The notes under the pieces were generated by a model. The model was not told where the DNA came from, searched no databases, and saw only the letters and a program-made list of their open reading frames with translations. Below are positions 1 to 10,126 of a DNA stretch of 64,000 nt, one piece after another. Source of the DNA: Bacteroidota bacterium (GTDB lineage: Bacteria > Bacteroidota > Ignavibacteria > UBA10030); NCBI GenBank assembly GCA_049523215.1, contig JBEKNC010000006.1, positions 21,105-85,104 of the forward strand. The letters are read 5' to 3'. The translations under genes were made by a program, and so were the position numbers. Each line of letters begins with the position of its first letter. Within the stretch, counting starts at the first letter, position 1.

Positions 1-232
1 GTTTCTGAACAAATTTTGTTACGGCATGCCGGTCTCGTACATCAAGCGCATCGATATATGAATCTGTCTTAAATTGCTTCTTGAATTCTGCTGCAAGTTT
101 TTCCAGTCGTTCTTTGCGGCGGGCGACAAGAATGAGCTTGGCGCCTGCTTCGGCAAATTTATATGCACAGGAGCGTCCAATGCCGCTGCTGGCGCCTGTA
201 ATGAAAACAAGAGAATGGGCAAGGGCTGTCAT
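1..232 (-). CDS. Short-chain dehydrogenase/reductase (SDR) family oxidoreductase. 5' part only; the gene runs off the window start
   Basis: Reverse strand from the ATG at 232 translates to MTALAHSLVFITGASSGIGRSCAYKFAEAGAKLILVARRKERLEKL..., containing the TGxxxGIG Rossmann motif of SDRs. The listed ORF 19..222 is in a different frame and is not the real gene. Confidence 0.7.
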   Translation of the reverse strand, partial: MTALAHSLVFITGASSGIGRSCAYKFAEAGAKLILVARRKERLEKLAAEFKKQFKTDSYIDALDVRDRHAVTKFVQK

Positions 233-594
233 ATTGATCCATGAATAGATGAAGATTCAATGAAAATTTCTCTATAATGGAAAAATACAAAGCAAGGAAG
301 TGAATGTCAATGAATCAAAAAAATACTTGTATGGTTTCGAAAAGGTATTTTTCTGTTTTTTGACGAATTACGTGAATATTTCTTCTCTTTCTACTCCCCG
401 CCTGTTTTCTTTACCAGTCTGCCCTGCCTCATGATAGGGAGATGCCCGGATTGCACCACTTGCATAAGACACTGGAAATGTGTATCAATATGGCTCGATG
501 CCCGATACACGAGTCGTCACTTTGTGAAAGGTGGTCCGTATGTTGAGTGCTCGTAATGGCTTTATATTCACCTTCTTTGGCCTCAATTACCGAG

Positions 595-652
595 TAAAAT
601 ACGACAGGGTGTGTAACGAAATCGTTACAGTCTAATTGTTAAAATACGACAG
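595..652. repeat. 13-nt direct repeat TAAAATACGACAG (595-607, 640-652) flanking the perfect palindrome GTAACGAAATCGTTAC (613-628)
   Basis: Read directly. Lies in a 700-bp non-coding region between divergent genes. Confidence 0.6.
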
Positions 653-943
653 AAAAATAATTCATGATGAAGTAACTTCTATGTGCAAATAACGACAAGA
701 GTATTTGCTTTCTTCGAAAAATGGCAACCTGTAAAGGTCGATCGACCTATGCAGATCCTTTAACTGGCACATATTTTCTGTGAATGTCAGTTCTTTGGTT
801 GCATTGAAGGAGCTCCGAATGTCTAAGATTATCGAATCGCGAAAAAGTCGCTCTCCGCCCAAGTGATTTGAACATTCCTTTAATTTGTTTCTTCATGTGT
901 TCAATGAACAATTTGAGATTATTACTTCCAAAGGAGATTTCAA

Positions 944-1348
944 ATGTCTATTAAGAAAATTGTTGTTACCGTTTCGATCCTTTCAATAATCGCGATTGCA
1001 CTCTTCATCTATCCTTCAATAAATCAATCTGTCAGAGCAGAGCAAGTAAATTTCGCCGGTTATAAAAACCAAAGCATTTCGTTCCAGGAAGCGAAGAGTT
1101 TAATAAAGACCTTTCAGCGCATTACCGCGTCCGACGCAGTCATTGCACAATACTTTGGAAAAAACATCGTTGATAAAATTCTTGCACAGCCCGGATGTGT
1201 CGGAGTACGAATGTACTATGGCAAGCACACAAACGGTAAGCCTGGTATGATTATCATGGGAGTTGATAAAAATGGAAAAGACATTGTATCAGGTGTTTTA
1301 GCTGGGCCGATCATATATTGTCCTCCATTATGTGGTGATACAAAATAG
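944..1348 (+). CDS. Hypothetical exported or membrane-anchored protein
   Basis: N-terminal hydrophobic helix (IVVTVSILSIIAIALFIY). Good RBS aaaggag 8 nt upstream of the ATG. No recognisable catalytic motif. Confidence 0.5.
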   Translation: MSIKKIVVTVSILSIIAIALFIYPSINQSVRAEQVNFAGYKNQSISFQEAKSLIKTFQRITASDAVIAQYFGKNIVDKILAQPGCVGVRMYYGKHTNGKPGMIIMGVDKNGKDIVSGVLAGPIIYCPPLCGDTK

Positions 1349-1397
1349 GGCATGTTGCAGGACGATCATTCATTTACTATCTTAAGATAGTTTTCTG

Positions 1398-1436
1398 ATG
1401 CGGTGGAACTACACGGCACGCAGTTCCACCGCAGTT
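1398..1436 (+). terminator. Stem-loop (about 13-bp perfect stem, 11-nt loop) downstream of the 944 gene, with no U-tract
   Basis: tgcggtggaact-acacggcacgc-agttccaccgca. A perfect inverted repeat, but the following sequence is not T-rich. Confidence 0.3.
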
Positions 1437-1541
1437 GAAATCCGAGGTCGCTTCAAAAGGTAGTTTTATAAATTCGGCAGTACCATACTCTTACACGATT
1501 GTATCTACTCGAACCAGTAAAAGCAGGAACGGTTTCCATAG

Positions 1542-2183
1542 ATGTTTCATTATCCAATACTTGCTTTTGTTGCACTCTTCAGTACTGCAATACCGATCCT
1601 TGCTGGAATCTACAGGTTGGGATCTATAGACCGTGCGATGAAAATCCTAATTGTGTATCTCATTTTTGCGTTTTCCATCGACATCGTTACCATGTGGTTG
1701 ATTAAGGGCTATTGGGTCAATCTTGGTCTTATGCATATCTATTTTCTTATCGAATACATGTTTATTATGTCTATTATTTTCTTCTGGCAAGAGTCGCCGA
1801 AGATGAAGAGGCTATTTCAAACACTGTTGTTGCTCTACATGCTGTTTTGGATCATTGCAAAGTTTACCTTCGAACCGTTCAATGGATTGTATTCCCTCAC
1901 AACGAGTGTTTCACAAGTTCTGCTTGCCCTCGGAGCAGGATACACATTATTTGTTGTCATGGGGAATAGAGTGCAGCCATTAATCAGTCATCAGCGTTTT
2001 TGGGTGCTTCTTTCATTTGTGCTATTTTATGCAGGCACATTAACGTTTTACGCGTTACTAGGAATTTTTCTGCATTATCCTACAGAAGACATGTTTCTTG
2101 CTGTGTCTATCAATTGGAGCCTTAGAATTCTTTTTAACATTTTACTTACAATAGGATTTCTATGTCCTCGGACTCAACCATAA
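1542..2183 (+). CDS. Polytopic membrane protein (about 6 TM). Putative membrane sensor module of the adjacent histidine kinase
   Basis: A run of hydrophobic helices. It overlaps the kinase ORF by 22 nt in another frame. Confidence 0.5.
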   Translation: MFHYPILAFVALFSTAIPILAGIYRLGSIDRAMKILIVYLIFAFSIDIVTMWLIKGYWVNLGLMHIYFLIEYMFIMSIIFFWQESPKMKRLFQTLLLLYMLFWIIAKFTFEPFNGLYSLTTSVSQVLLALGAGYTLFVVMGNRVQPLISHQRFWVLLSFVLFYAGTLTFYALLGIFLHYPTEDMFLAVSINWSLRILFNILLTIGFLCPRTQP

Positions 2184-2977
2184 TACTGACGGCAGTCTTC
2201 AGTGTTACAATTGTAGTGCTGGGACTGTTCTCTTTTTTTGTTCTCATGATGATTCGTAATCATCGCAAGGTTGAAGCAGCACAGCGTGAACGAATTCGCC
2301 AAATGCAGCTCTTTTCAGAAAAACTCCAATCGGCACGGGAAGAAGAACAAAAACGGATTGCCCGTGAATTGCATGACGAACTTGGCGGAACTCTTACAAG
2401 CATCAAATTTGATCTTCTTTGGCTGGAGCAACATACTTCTGCACAGGGTGAAGTAGCGCAGCGTTTCCACGCGATGCGGGATTTAATTGATTCGACGACG
2501 AAGGTCGTACAACGCATCTCTGCCGAACTTCGCCCAAAAATTTTAGACAGTTTTGGTTTAGCGGTAGCCGTTGAATGGCAAACCAATGAATTTAAGAAAC
2601 GAACCGGCATTGATGCACGATTTCGACAGCTCTCAGAACTTCCTCCCATAGACGAAACCGTAACGACGGGAGTCTATCGGATCGTTCAGGAGTCGTTAAC
2701 GAATATTGTACGTCATGCGCAAGCCACATCTGTCGAAGTAAATTTGCAGCTTCGTAATGACCTGTTGCATGTCGAAATCATTGATAACGGGAAAGGTTTT
2801 GATAAAGCATTGCTGGATCATCCGGAGTCTTTAGGTCTTTTAAGCATTCGAGAACGCGCTAGAATGATAGGAGGAAATGCAGTGATAAGCGGAAATCCAG
2901 GGAAGGGAACGCAAGTCGTCTTGGATACACCGTTGCAGAACAAACATCCATCACTAGCGAAGAATGGTTTGTCATGA
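2162..2977 (+). CDS. Sensor histidine kinase, NarL/DesK type (HisKA_3 plus HATPase_c)
   Basis: One N-terminal TM. H-box ELHDELGGTL. ATPase N/G boxes ESLTNIVRHAQA, IIDNGKGF, GLLSIRERARMIGG. Confidence 0.85.
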   Translation: MSSDSTIILTAVFSVTIVVLGLFSFFVLMMIRNHRKVEAAQRERIRQMQLFSEKLQSAREEEQKRIARELHDELGGTLTSIKFDLLWLEQHTSAQGEVAQRFHAMRDLIDSTTKVVQRISAELRPKILDSFGLAVAVEWQTNEFKKRTGIDARFRQLSELPPIDETVTTGVYRIVQESLTNIVRHAQATSVEVNLQLRNDLLHVEIIDNGKGFDKALLDHPESLGLLSIRERARMIGGNAVISGNPGKGTQVVLDTPLQNKHPSLAKNGLS

Positions 2978-3603
2978 GAGTGCTTGTGGTCGATGATCAC
3001 GAATTCACGCGTGAAGGGGTTATCCGAATACTCACAGACAACTTTTCCATTACAAAAATTGTCCGGGCTGGAACGTACGAAGCCGCCATGGAGCAAATAG
3101 AAAATGGTAAATTTGATCTCATGATACTCGACATCAACCTTCCGGGAAAAAGCGGATTAGGAGTGCTCACATCGGTCAGGGCTTCTCAACCGAGTCTTCC
3201 TATCCTCGTTCTGAGTATGGTTCCTGTTTCGCAATATGCACGCAGGGTGTTGCAGGCAGGAGCGACCGGATATATGACGAAGTCCGAACCGGCTGAAGAA
3301 TTTCTAAAAGCTGTCCGCGCGGTTTCGCAAGGTCTGAGATATTTCAGTCCTGAAGTACAGCAAGAAATTCCTGACCTCGTTGATGAATCGATCAATCGGC
3401 CCAAACACGATAAGTTATCTGACCGTGAGTTTGAAATCCTGCAAAGGATGGCAGATGGAAAAAGTTCAAAAGAAATCGCTGGAGAGTTTAAAATTACGTC
3501 GAACACAGTGAATTCGTACCGCAAGAGGATTATGACAAAACTTCATGCAAAGTCCACCGCCGATGTTATCAAATATGCGTATAAAAATAAACTCTTAAAA
3601 TAG
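2974..3603 (+). CDS. Response regulator, NarL/LuxR family (REC plus LuxR-type HTH)
   Basis: MRVLVVDDHEFTREG...LMILDINLPGKSG (receiver). C-terminal LSDREFEILQRMADGKSSKEIAGEFKITSNTVNSYRKRIMTKL (LuxR HTH). ATGA overlap with the kinase. Confidence 0.9.
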   Translation: MRVLVVDDHEFTREGVIRILTDNFSITKIVRAGTYEAAMEQIENGKFDLMILDINLPGKSGLGVLTSVRASQPSLPILVLSMVPVSQYARRVLQAGATGYMTKSEPAEEFLKAVRAVSQGLRYFSPEVQQEIPDLVDESINRPKHDKLSDREFEILQRMADGKSSKEIAGEFKITSNTVNSYRKRIMTKLHAKSTADVIKYAYKNKLLK

Positions 3604-3726
3604 ACAGGTACATTTCCATTCGTCTTGTTCTCTTCTGTCCCCATAATTTTCCATTAGTCTCTCAGTTCATTTCTTTTCACAATGAAAGAGCGATCAAAGT
3701 TTGTGGCAATGAAGCTATGGCTCATG

Positions 3727-3751
3727 TTCAGACTGCCTTCTGAATTTTTTG
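3727..3751 (+). terminator. Weak rho-independent terminator candidate
   Basis: ttcaga-ctgcct-tctgaa followed by tttttt. The stem is only 6 bp. Confidence 0.3.
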
Positions 3752-3821
3752 AATTCATTCACGGTTGCCTATTGGATCGAACATTTTGTTCAGTGAATGA
3801 TTTTTCCTACATTTCTTTAAA

Positions 3822-4388
3822 ATGATTTCAAAACGAACACCCTCACATAATCGTCCGTTATTTCTTGTCGCGATTCTGTCTCTTGCCTTCTGGCAATCAG
3901 CCATATCTCAGGAACAGAAACATCAGAATGGAATTTCCAGTACATGGCTTATACTGCAGGCGCTTCCAAGTTGTTCCTGGACAAGTTTTCTACGACAGAC
4001 AAATTTTGCTTTTGAATGGGAAGCAGCGCCGGTGTTGTATTCATTTGGGATGAATAGGCAGGATCCACACTGGCATTTTTTTCAAGTAACACAACCAGAG
4101 AGATTTGCCGGTTCAATTGAATTGATTGTATCTACACAACTGTATACGAGCAAGGTCGGAACAAACCATTGGGGTTTCTCCGGACAATGCTTAGCACATC
4201 TGCCGCTCGTTGAGTATGGGGAATATATCGGTCTGAACCTCGGTGTTGCCCGCTACACTATTGCCGGGATGTCATCAAACTATATCATCGGGGGGTTCTC
4301 GACATTTTTTGGTTTTCTTCATTACAATATCAAATTTAGTCCGTCTGACAAAATCTGGATGAATACAATCGAATTTAGATTTTTCTAG
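3822..4388 (+). CDS. Hypothetical secreted protein, probably an outer-membrane β-barrel (C-terminal ...EFRFF)
   Basis: Signal-peptide-like N-terminus. Alternating amphipathic strands. Terminal aromatic residue. Confidence 0.4.
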   Translation: MISKRTPSHNRPLFLVAILSLAFWQSAISQEQKHQNGISSTWLILQALPSCSWTSFLRQTNFAFEWEAAPVLYSFGMNRQDPHWHFFQVTQPERFAGSIELIVSTQLYTSKVGTNHWGFSGQCLAHLPLVEYGEYIGLNLGVARYTIAGMSSNYIIGGFSTFFGFLHYNIKFSPSDKIWMNTIEFRFF

Positions 4389-4396
4389 CCTTCGTT

Positions 4397-5353
4397 ATGA
4401 ATTGCAAAGAACGTCTCCTGCGGTTTGCCTGTTTTTCACTTTTCATTCTTCACTGTTCACTTATCACTACAGGTTGTAATCCTTTCCTGATTCGTTTTAT
4501 TGCAAAATCGTTCGAACAAGTACCTGTTTCACCGGACACCGTAGCAGCAAAGATCGAACATCCTGTTTTTCCGCAAGTTGGACTTTCAGTTTTATGGATC
4601 GGTCATGCAACGTGTTTGATTCAAATTGGCGACAAAGTGCTCCTCACAGACCCGATATTTACCAACACAGCAGGTATGATTTCCAAACGCCGAATAGAAC
4701 CAGGCATTCTGCCGTCATCGATTGATCGATTAGATTACATTCTCATTTCGCATATTCATTTCGATCATTTGAGTTATGGTAGTCTGTCGTTACTGCCCAA
4801 AACTGCAACGATGCTTCTCCCGCCTGGTGGCGGAGAATATACTCCAGAGTTCGGTTTTTCAGAATACCGAGAGATGAATGCGTGGACGACGTTTGAAGCG
4901 GATGGTGTGCGCATTACCGCCGTTCCTGTTAAACATTTTAACGGACGATACGGATTTGATAATGCATGGCTGGATCATCATACGTACACAGGTTATGTGA
5001 TTGAGTACCGAGGGCAAACGGTGTTCTTTGCCGGCGACACCGGCTATGATCCGGAGATGTTTAAGGAAATAGGGAAAAAGTTCACCATCGATATAGCGCT
5101 CATTCCCATCGCACCAGTTGAGCCGCATGATTTCATGATGCGAGTGCATACAGACCCAAAGGAAGCATTACAGATTTTTGAAGACGTTAGAGCCAAGTTC
5201 ATGATTCCTATCCACTATCGCACGTTTGTGCAAGGGCTGGATTCTTCATTGACGTTGGCGCAGGATCAATTGAAACAACTTGTTTCTGAAAGACATATCG
5301 AAGATCGCGTGATGATACTTGGGATTGGTGAGCAGCGTATTTTTGTGCCGTAG
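4397..5353 (+). CDS. MBL-fold metallo-hydrolase, probably a lipoprotein
   Basis: HxHxDH motif (ISHIHFDH). Lipobox-like ITTGC. Confidence 0.8.
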   Translation: MNCKERLLRFACFSLFILHCSLITTGCNPFLIRFIAKSFEQVPVSPDTVAAKIEHPVFPQVGLSVLWIGHATCLIQIGDKVLLTDPIFTNTAGMISKRRIEPGILPSSIDRLDYILISHIHFDHLSYGSLSLLPKTATMLLPPGGGEYTPEFGFSEYREMNAWTTFEADGVRITAVPVKHFNGRYGFDNAWLDHHTYTGYVIEYRGQTVFFAGDTGYDPEMFKEIGKKFTIDIALIPIAPVEPHDFMMRVHTDPKEALQIFEDVRAKFMIPIHYRTFVQGLDSSLTLAQDQLKQLVSERHIEDRVMILGIGEQRIFVP

Positions 5354-5479
5354 ATTTGTTTATTCAAACTGAAGAAGAAGGAATACAGCTTCCTCTTCAT
5401 AAATAAATTAGGGCTTTAAAATATTGTGATCCTCGTTGTTATAGACGAAACAATCACCGGACTGTCAACGACATCACCG

Positions 5480-6613
5480 TTACCGTATCAACATCATTTT
5501 ACAAGACTTCACATTTGTCCCTATAGCGATGCGATAGAAATACATGCCCGATGAAAGCGCCTTTGCGTCAAAGGGTACTTGATAATTTCCTGCTTGCTGT
5601 TCTGCATTGACCAGAGGAGCCACACATTGACCCAGAATATTAAATACTTCAAGTCGCACGTTGGATTTTGTTGGCAATTGATATTCGATCGTCGTCGATG
5701 GATTGAACGGGTTAGGATAGTTCTGCGATAAAACTATTTCCTTTGGAAATGAATTGAAATTTTCTCTCTCTATGCCGGTCGTATTTGTCTTGGATTGTGA
5801 AAATACCCATGGTAAAAGAAAAACATTATTGTATGCTATATCCCAGATTGCATGACCGCCATTTTCGTATTCTGTATAAATAAGCCTTGCACCGTTTTTG
5901 AGTGTGTCGGCAATAATGCTATCGGGGAGCCCTGTACAATTCCCATTACGGCAATTAGTATAGACGACTGTGGCACCTGCATTTTCAAAGGCAGTCATCA
6001 TGTCTCTTGAGTATTGCACGGGGACGGTATTATCCTTAGCACCATGGAAATCCCATATCGGAATGTGTTTGATCAATATCACCTTTGATGCATCCCCTCC
6101 TCCACTCATTGGAACAGCAGCCGCAAACTTATTCGGGAAACGAACAATCAAATCCCATGTTGCGTATCCACCCATCGAAAGACCCGTGATATACATACGG
6201 TTTGTATCAACGGAAAATTCAATCAAGAGAGAATCCAGTATATCATTGACGGTGAGTATGATGTTCGAGGTGGTCCACCACCCATTAGCCAGGCATTGCG
6301 GAACAACGATGAAACAAGGCCAGCGTGTTTGATTTGAATCTTTTGCCCATACTGTTGCCATACTATTATTCTTCACGGCTGAAGGATTATCACCCCTTTC
6401 ACCGGCTCCATGCAAACAGAGCACAAGGGGGTATTGGATTTGGGGATCGTAAGCTGCTGGCACAAATATGTAATAGGGAAGCGTCGTGTTCTGAAAGGTG
6501 TGAGACCTCTTAGTGAAGTTGTTGAAGATATCATCAACGGATTGGGCATGAATCATTCCAGAAATACAGCTGATAATAAGCCATGTGAAAACCAACGTTC
6601 TGAAATTATTCAT
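5480..6613 (-). CDS. α/β-hydrolase family esterase with a type IX secretion C-terminal sorting domain
   Basis: CLHGAGERGDN and the nucleophile elbow GLSMGG. C-terminus NYPNPFNPSTTIEY...LEVFNILGQ...LSSGMYFYRI matches the T9SS CTD pattern. Confidence 0.8.
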   Translation of the reverse strand: MNNFRTLVFTWLIISCISGMIHAQSVDDIFNNFTKRSHTFQNTTLPYYIFVPAAYDPQIQYPLVLCLHGAGERGDNPSAVKNNSMATVWAKDSNQTRWPCFIVVPQCLANGWWTTSNIILTVNDILDSLLIEFSVDTNRMYITGLSMGGYATWDLIVRFPNKFAAAVPMSGGGDASKVILIKHIPIWDFHGAKDNTVPVQYSRDMMTAFENAGATVVYTNCRNGNCTGLPDSIIADTLKNGARLIYTEYENGGHAIWDIAYNNVFLLPWVFSQSKTNTTGIERENFNSFPKEIVLSQNYPNPFNPSTTIEYQLPTKSNVRLEVFNILGQCVAPLVNAEQQAGNYQVPFDAKALSSGMYFYRIAIGTNVKSCKMMLIR

Positions 6614-6840
6614 CTCGTTCCTTTGTAAATATTGAAAATAGGTAATAACAGCTATTGTTTTTATAATATAAACTGTAGCGGTTTTCGAAACACATCACTT
6701 TTAAGGTACGACTTACTTTGAGGAAAAGCACAACTGCATCGTAAATTACTCTCTGTTTTCTCACGCTTTTCGTTGATTCTCCTTCAACTTCTCATTACCT
6801 TTCCACGTCATCGTGAGGTGCTTACTCTGGCAAAAGTGGA

Positions 6841-7458
6841 ATGAACATTGCGGTTTTCGCCTCCGGGCGCGGCTCTAACTTTCAAGCAATTCTCAGCGCA
6901 ATCGATGCCGGCCTTCTGTCGGCACGCGTCACCGTACTTATCAGCAATAAGTCTGATGCAGGTGCGTTTGAGATTGCACGCGCTCGCAGAATTCAAACAA
7001 GTCATCTTTCGCAGAAAATGTTTCCGTCGGAGGAAGCGCTTGCAGAGGCGATGCTTAATGTGTTATCCCAGCAGAGAGCAGAACTTCTTGTGCTCGCAGG
7101 ATATTTGAAGAAAATTCCATTGCAGGTGGTACGACGATACCGTAACCGCATTGTGAATATTCATCCTGCTCTGCTGCCGTTGTTTGGCGGAGCGGGAATG
7201 TACGGTCACTTTGTGCACGAAGCAGTCATTGCGAGTGGTATGAAAGTTTCCGGCGCCACGGTTCATCTTGTAGACGAAGAGTATGATCGCGGTCCGATTG
7301 TGATGCAAAAAACTGTCGAAATCATTCAGGAGGACACTCCGGATTTGCTCGCTGCAAAAGTACTAAAAATTGAACATGAAATTTATCCTTTAGCGTTGAA
7401 AGCCTTTGTTGAAGGAAAAGTAAAAATTGAAGGAAGAAAAGCTTGGATAACGTTATAA
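6841..7458 (+). CDS. purN: Phosphoribosylglycinamide formyltransferase
   Basis: [18 protein letters not shown]..., NIHPALLP. Typical PurN length. Confidence 0.9.
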   Translation: MNIAVFASGRGSNFQAILSAIDAGLLSARVTVLISNKSDAGAFEIARARRIQTSHLSQKMFPSEEALAEAMLNVLSQQRAELLVLAGYLKKIPLQVVRRYRNRIVNIHPALLPLFGGAGMYGHFVHEAVIASGMKVSGATVHLVDEEYDRGPIVMQKTVEIIQEDTPDLLAAKVLKIEHEIYPLALKAFVEGKVKIEGRKAWITL

Positions 7459-9041
7459 TTCTGGATCCTTTTTCAAAACCAACTTCATCAGACCTCGACC
7501 CGTTGCTGAAAATTCGACGGGCACTGATAAGTGTTTCGGATAAAAAAGGAATCGTCGAATTTGCAAAAGCATTGAAAGAATTCGGCGTCGAGATCATTTC
7601 CACCGGCGGAACATTTACTGCGTTGAAAAACGCCGGCATTGATGTGAAATCGGTTTCAGATGTGACCGGTTTCCCGGAGATTCTTGATGGCCGCGTGAAG
7701 ACTCTGCACCCGATCATTCACGGCGGCATTCTTGCGGTGCTCGACAATCCATCGCATCGCGAACAACTGCAGAAACATAATATTGAACCGATCGATCTCG
7801 TGGTTGTGAACTTATATCCGTTCGAACAAACCATTGCTGTTGAGAATGTGAAGCTCGACGAAGCCATTGAACAAATCGATATCGGCGGACCGGCGATGGT
7901 GCGTTCGTCGTCAAAGAATTTCAAGCACACTGCCGTAGTCGTCAACCCCGATTTGTACGGCGTCGTATTGGAAGAAATGCGCGAGAACGACGGTGCGCTC
8001 ACCGTGCAAACACGTTTCCAACTTGCTTGCCGCGCGTTCCAGCACACCGCTCATTACGATTCAGTCATTGCATCGTATCTTGCTGGATTGACGCCGCAGA
8101 ACACGCTGCCAGATTCCATCACCTTGTCGTTAATGAAGGAACAACCGATGCGGTATGGTGAAAATCCCCACCAATCGGCTGCGCTCTATGGAAAATTTGG
8201 TGAACATTTTCAGAAACTGCACGGTAAAGAACTTTCCTATAATAATATCTTAGATATCAACGCGGCAGCACTCCTGTGCGCCGAGTTTGACGAGCCAACC
8301 GTTGTCATCGTAAAACATAATAATCCTTGCGGTGTTGCTACCGATGCAATTCTCGTTGAAGCTTACAAGAAAGCATTGGCGACCGATACCAAGTCGGCAT
8401 TTGGCGGTATTGTCTGTGTAAATCGTCCGCTGGATCGTACAACTGCAGAAGCCATCAATGAGATTTTCACCGAAGTCGTTATTGCTCCGGAGTATGAGCG
8501 AGGAGTCTTGGAACTTCTGACAAAGAAGAAAGACCGCCGGTTGATGAAGCAAACATTTAATCTGCGCAAAGTGCGGGAGTTGGATATCCGTACGGTCGTT
8601 GGTGGTATATTGGTGCAGGAACGGGATCAGCACCGGATTCATCCAACCGATTTGAAGGTTGTTACCAAACGTCAACCGACGGACGAAGAAGTGCAGGCGT
8701 TATTGTTTGCGTGGCGCATTGCGAAGCATGTGAAATCGAACGCTATCGTATACACATTGGGTGATCGAACACTCGGTATCGGTGCAGGACAAATGTCGCG
8801 TGTCGATTCATCCAAGATCGCGGCAATGAAAGCTACGGACGCTGGGTTTGATTTACACGGCTGTGCAGTCTCATCCGATGCGTTCTTCCCGTTTGCAGAT
8901 GGATTGTTGGAAGCGGTAAAAGTAGGTGCAACTGCAGTAATTCAGCCCGGTGGTTCTGTGCGCGATGAAGAAGTTATCAAAGCAGCAGATGAACATGGCG
9001 TGGCGATGGTTTTCACCGGTATTAGACATTTTAGACATTAA
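7443..9041 (+). CDS. purH: Bifunctional AICAR transformylase / IMP cyclohydrolase
   Basis: [17 protein letters not shown]...[10 protein letters not shown] (MGS-like domain) followed by the AICARFT domain. Confidence 0.95.
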   Translation: MDNVIILDPFSKPTSSDLDPLLKIRRALISVSDKKGIVEFAKALKEFGVEIISTGGTFTALKNAGIDVKSVSDVTGFPEILDGRVKTLHPIIHGGILAVLDNPSHREQLQKHNIEPIDLVVVNLYPFEQTIAVENVKLDEAIEQIDIGGPAMVRSSSKNFKHTAVVVNPDLYGVVLEEMRENDGALTVQTRFQLACRAFQHTAHYDSVIASYLAGLTPQNTLPDSITLSLMKEQPMRYGENPHQSAALYGKFGEHFQKLHGKELSYNNILDINAAALLCAEFDEPTVVIVKHNNPCGVATDAILVEAYKKALATDTKSAFGGIVCVNRPLDRTTAEAINEIFTEVVIAPEYERGVLELLTKKKDRRLMKQTFNLRKVRELDIRTVVGGILVQERDQHRIHPTDLKVVTKRQPTDEEVQALLFAWRIAKHVKSNAIVYTLGDRTLGIGAGQMSRVDSSKIAAMKATDAGFDLHGCAVSSDAFFPFADGLLEAVKVGATAVIQPGGSVRDEEVIKAADEHGVAMVFTGIRHFRH

Positions 9042-9082
9042 ATGATACCTTTGTTCACTTTCTAATTAGTCATTGGATACTC

Positions 9083-10108
9083 ATGGGACTCTTTTCATTA
9101 TTTTCTGCTGACCTTGCCATCGATCTTGGCACGGCAAACACTGTCATCTGGATGAAAGGCAAAGGTATCATCCTGAATGAACCTTCCATCGTCGCGTTCG
9201 ATCGAAACACGAAGCGCATTATTGCCATCGGCAATGAGGCGCGTGAGATGCTTGGTCGTACGCATAAAGATATCCGCACAATCCGTCCGATGAAAGACGG
9301 TGTGATAGCGGATTTTGAAATCGCTGAAGGTATGCTGCGTGAGTTTATCAAGAAAATCAGCGCGGGCTGGGTGCCAAGCAGGCGTATCATCGTGTCGGTC
9401 CCATCCGGCATTACAGAAGTGGAAAAGCGCGCTGTGCGTGATTCTGCCGAGCATGCCGGAGCGAAAGAAGTACACTTGCTTGCCGAACCCATGGCAGCCG
9501 CCATCGGCGTCGGTTTAGATGTCGATGCGCCGGTCGGTAATATGGTCGTCGATATAGGCGGCGGTACAACGGAAATTGCCGTCATCGCATTGTCCGGCAT
9601 TGTTAATGAAGAATCGCGGCGCGTTGCCGGCGATGAGATGAACGAGTCGATCATCCAATTCTTCAAACGGAACCACAACATTTTGATTGGTGAGCGAACC
9701 GCAGAGGCTATTAAGTGCGAAGTCGGATCAGCAATGCCTCTCAAAGAAGAAATCACCATCCAAGTAAAGGGCCGCGATCTTGTCAACGGCATACCGAAAA
9801 CAACAGAAGTAAGTTCCGTTGAAATCCGTGAAGCACTCAATGAACCGATTGCACAAATTGTAGAAGGAGTGAAGATCACACTGGAACGCACTCCGCCAGA
9901 ACTCTCCGCCGACATTCTCGACCGCGGTATTATGCTCACCGGCGGCGGCGCCTTACTCAAAGGTCTTGACGAACGACTTCGTCTTGAGACCAATCTTCCC
10001 GTCCACGTTGCCGAAGAACCATTGCTAGCTGTTGTGCGCGGCACCGGCAAGGTGATGGAGAATATGGAAAAGTACTCCAAGGTTCTGCTGAAGGGAAAGA
10101 GATATTAA
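9083..10108 (+). CDS. mreB: Rod-shape-determining protein MreB
   Basis: DLAIDLGTANTVIW..., DIGGGTTE. Actin-like ATPase motifs. Confidence 0.95.
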   Translation: MGLFSLFSADLAIDLGTANTVIWMKGKGIILNEPSIVAFDRNTKRIIAIGNEAREMLGRTHKDIRTIRPMKDGVIADFEIAEGMLREFIKKISAGWVPSRRIIVSVPSGITEVEKRAVRDSAEHAGAKEVHLLAEPMAAAIGVGLDVDAPVGNMVVDIGGGTTEIAVIALSGIVNEESRRVAGDEMNESIIQFFKRNHNILIGERTAEAIKCEVGSAMPLKEEITIQVKGRDLVNGIPKTTEVSSVEIREALNEPIAQIVEGVKITLERTPPELSADILDRGIMLTGGGALLKGLDERLRLETNLPVHVAEEPLLAVVRGTGKVMENMEKYSKVLLKGKRY

Positions 10109-10126
10109 TGATGTAAGATTGGAGAT

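Noticed and set aside
19-222. 67-aa and 66-aa minus-strand ORFs at the window start (19-222, 662-862)
   Set aside because: The real gene at 1-232 is an SDR in a different frame. The 662-862 ORF has no RBS or motifs and lies in a repeat-rich non-coding region.
9070-10080. 336-aa ORF antisense to mreB
   Set aside because: It lies entirely within the strongly supported mreB gene. Its low-complexity Ser/Arg/Ala-rich translation is typical of an antisense artefact in GC-biased codon position 3.
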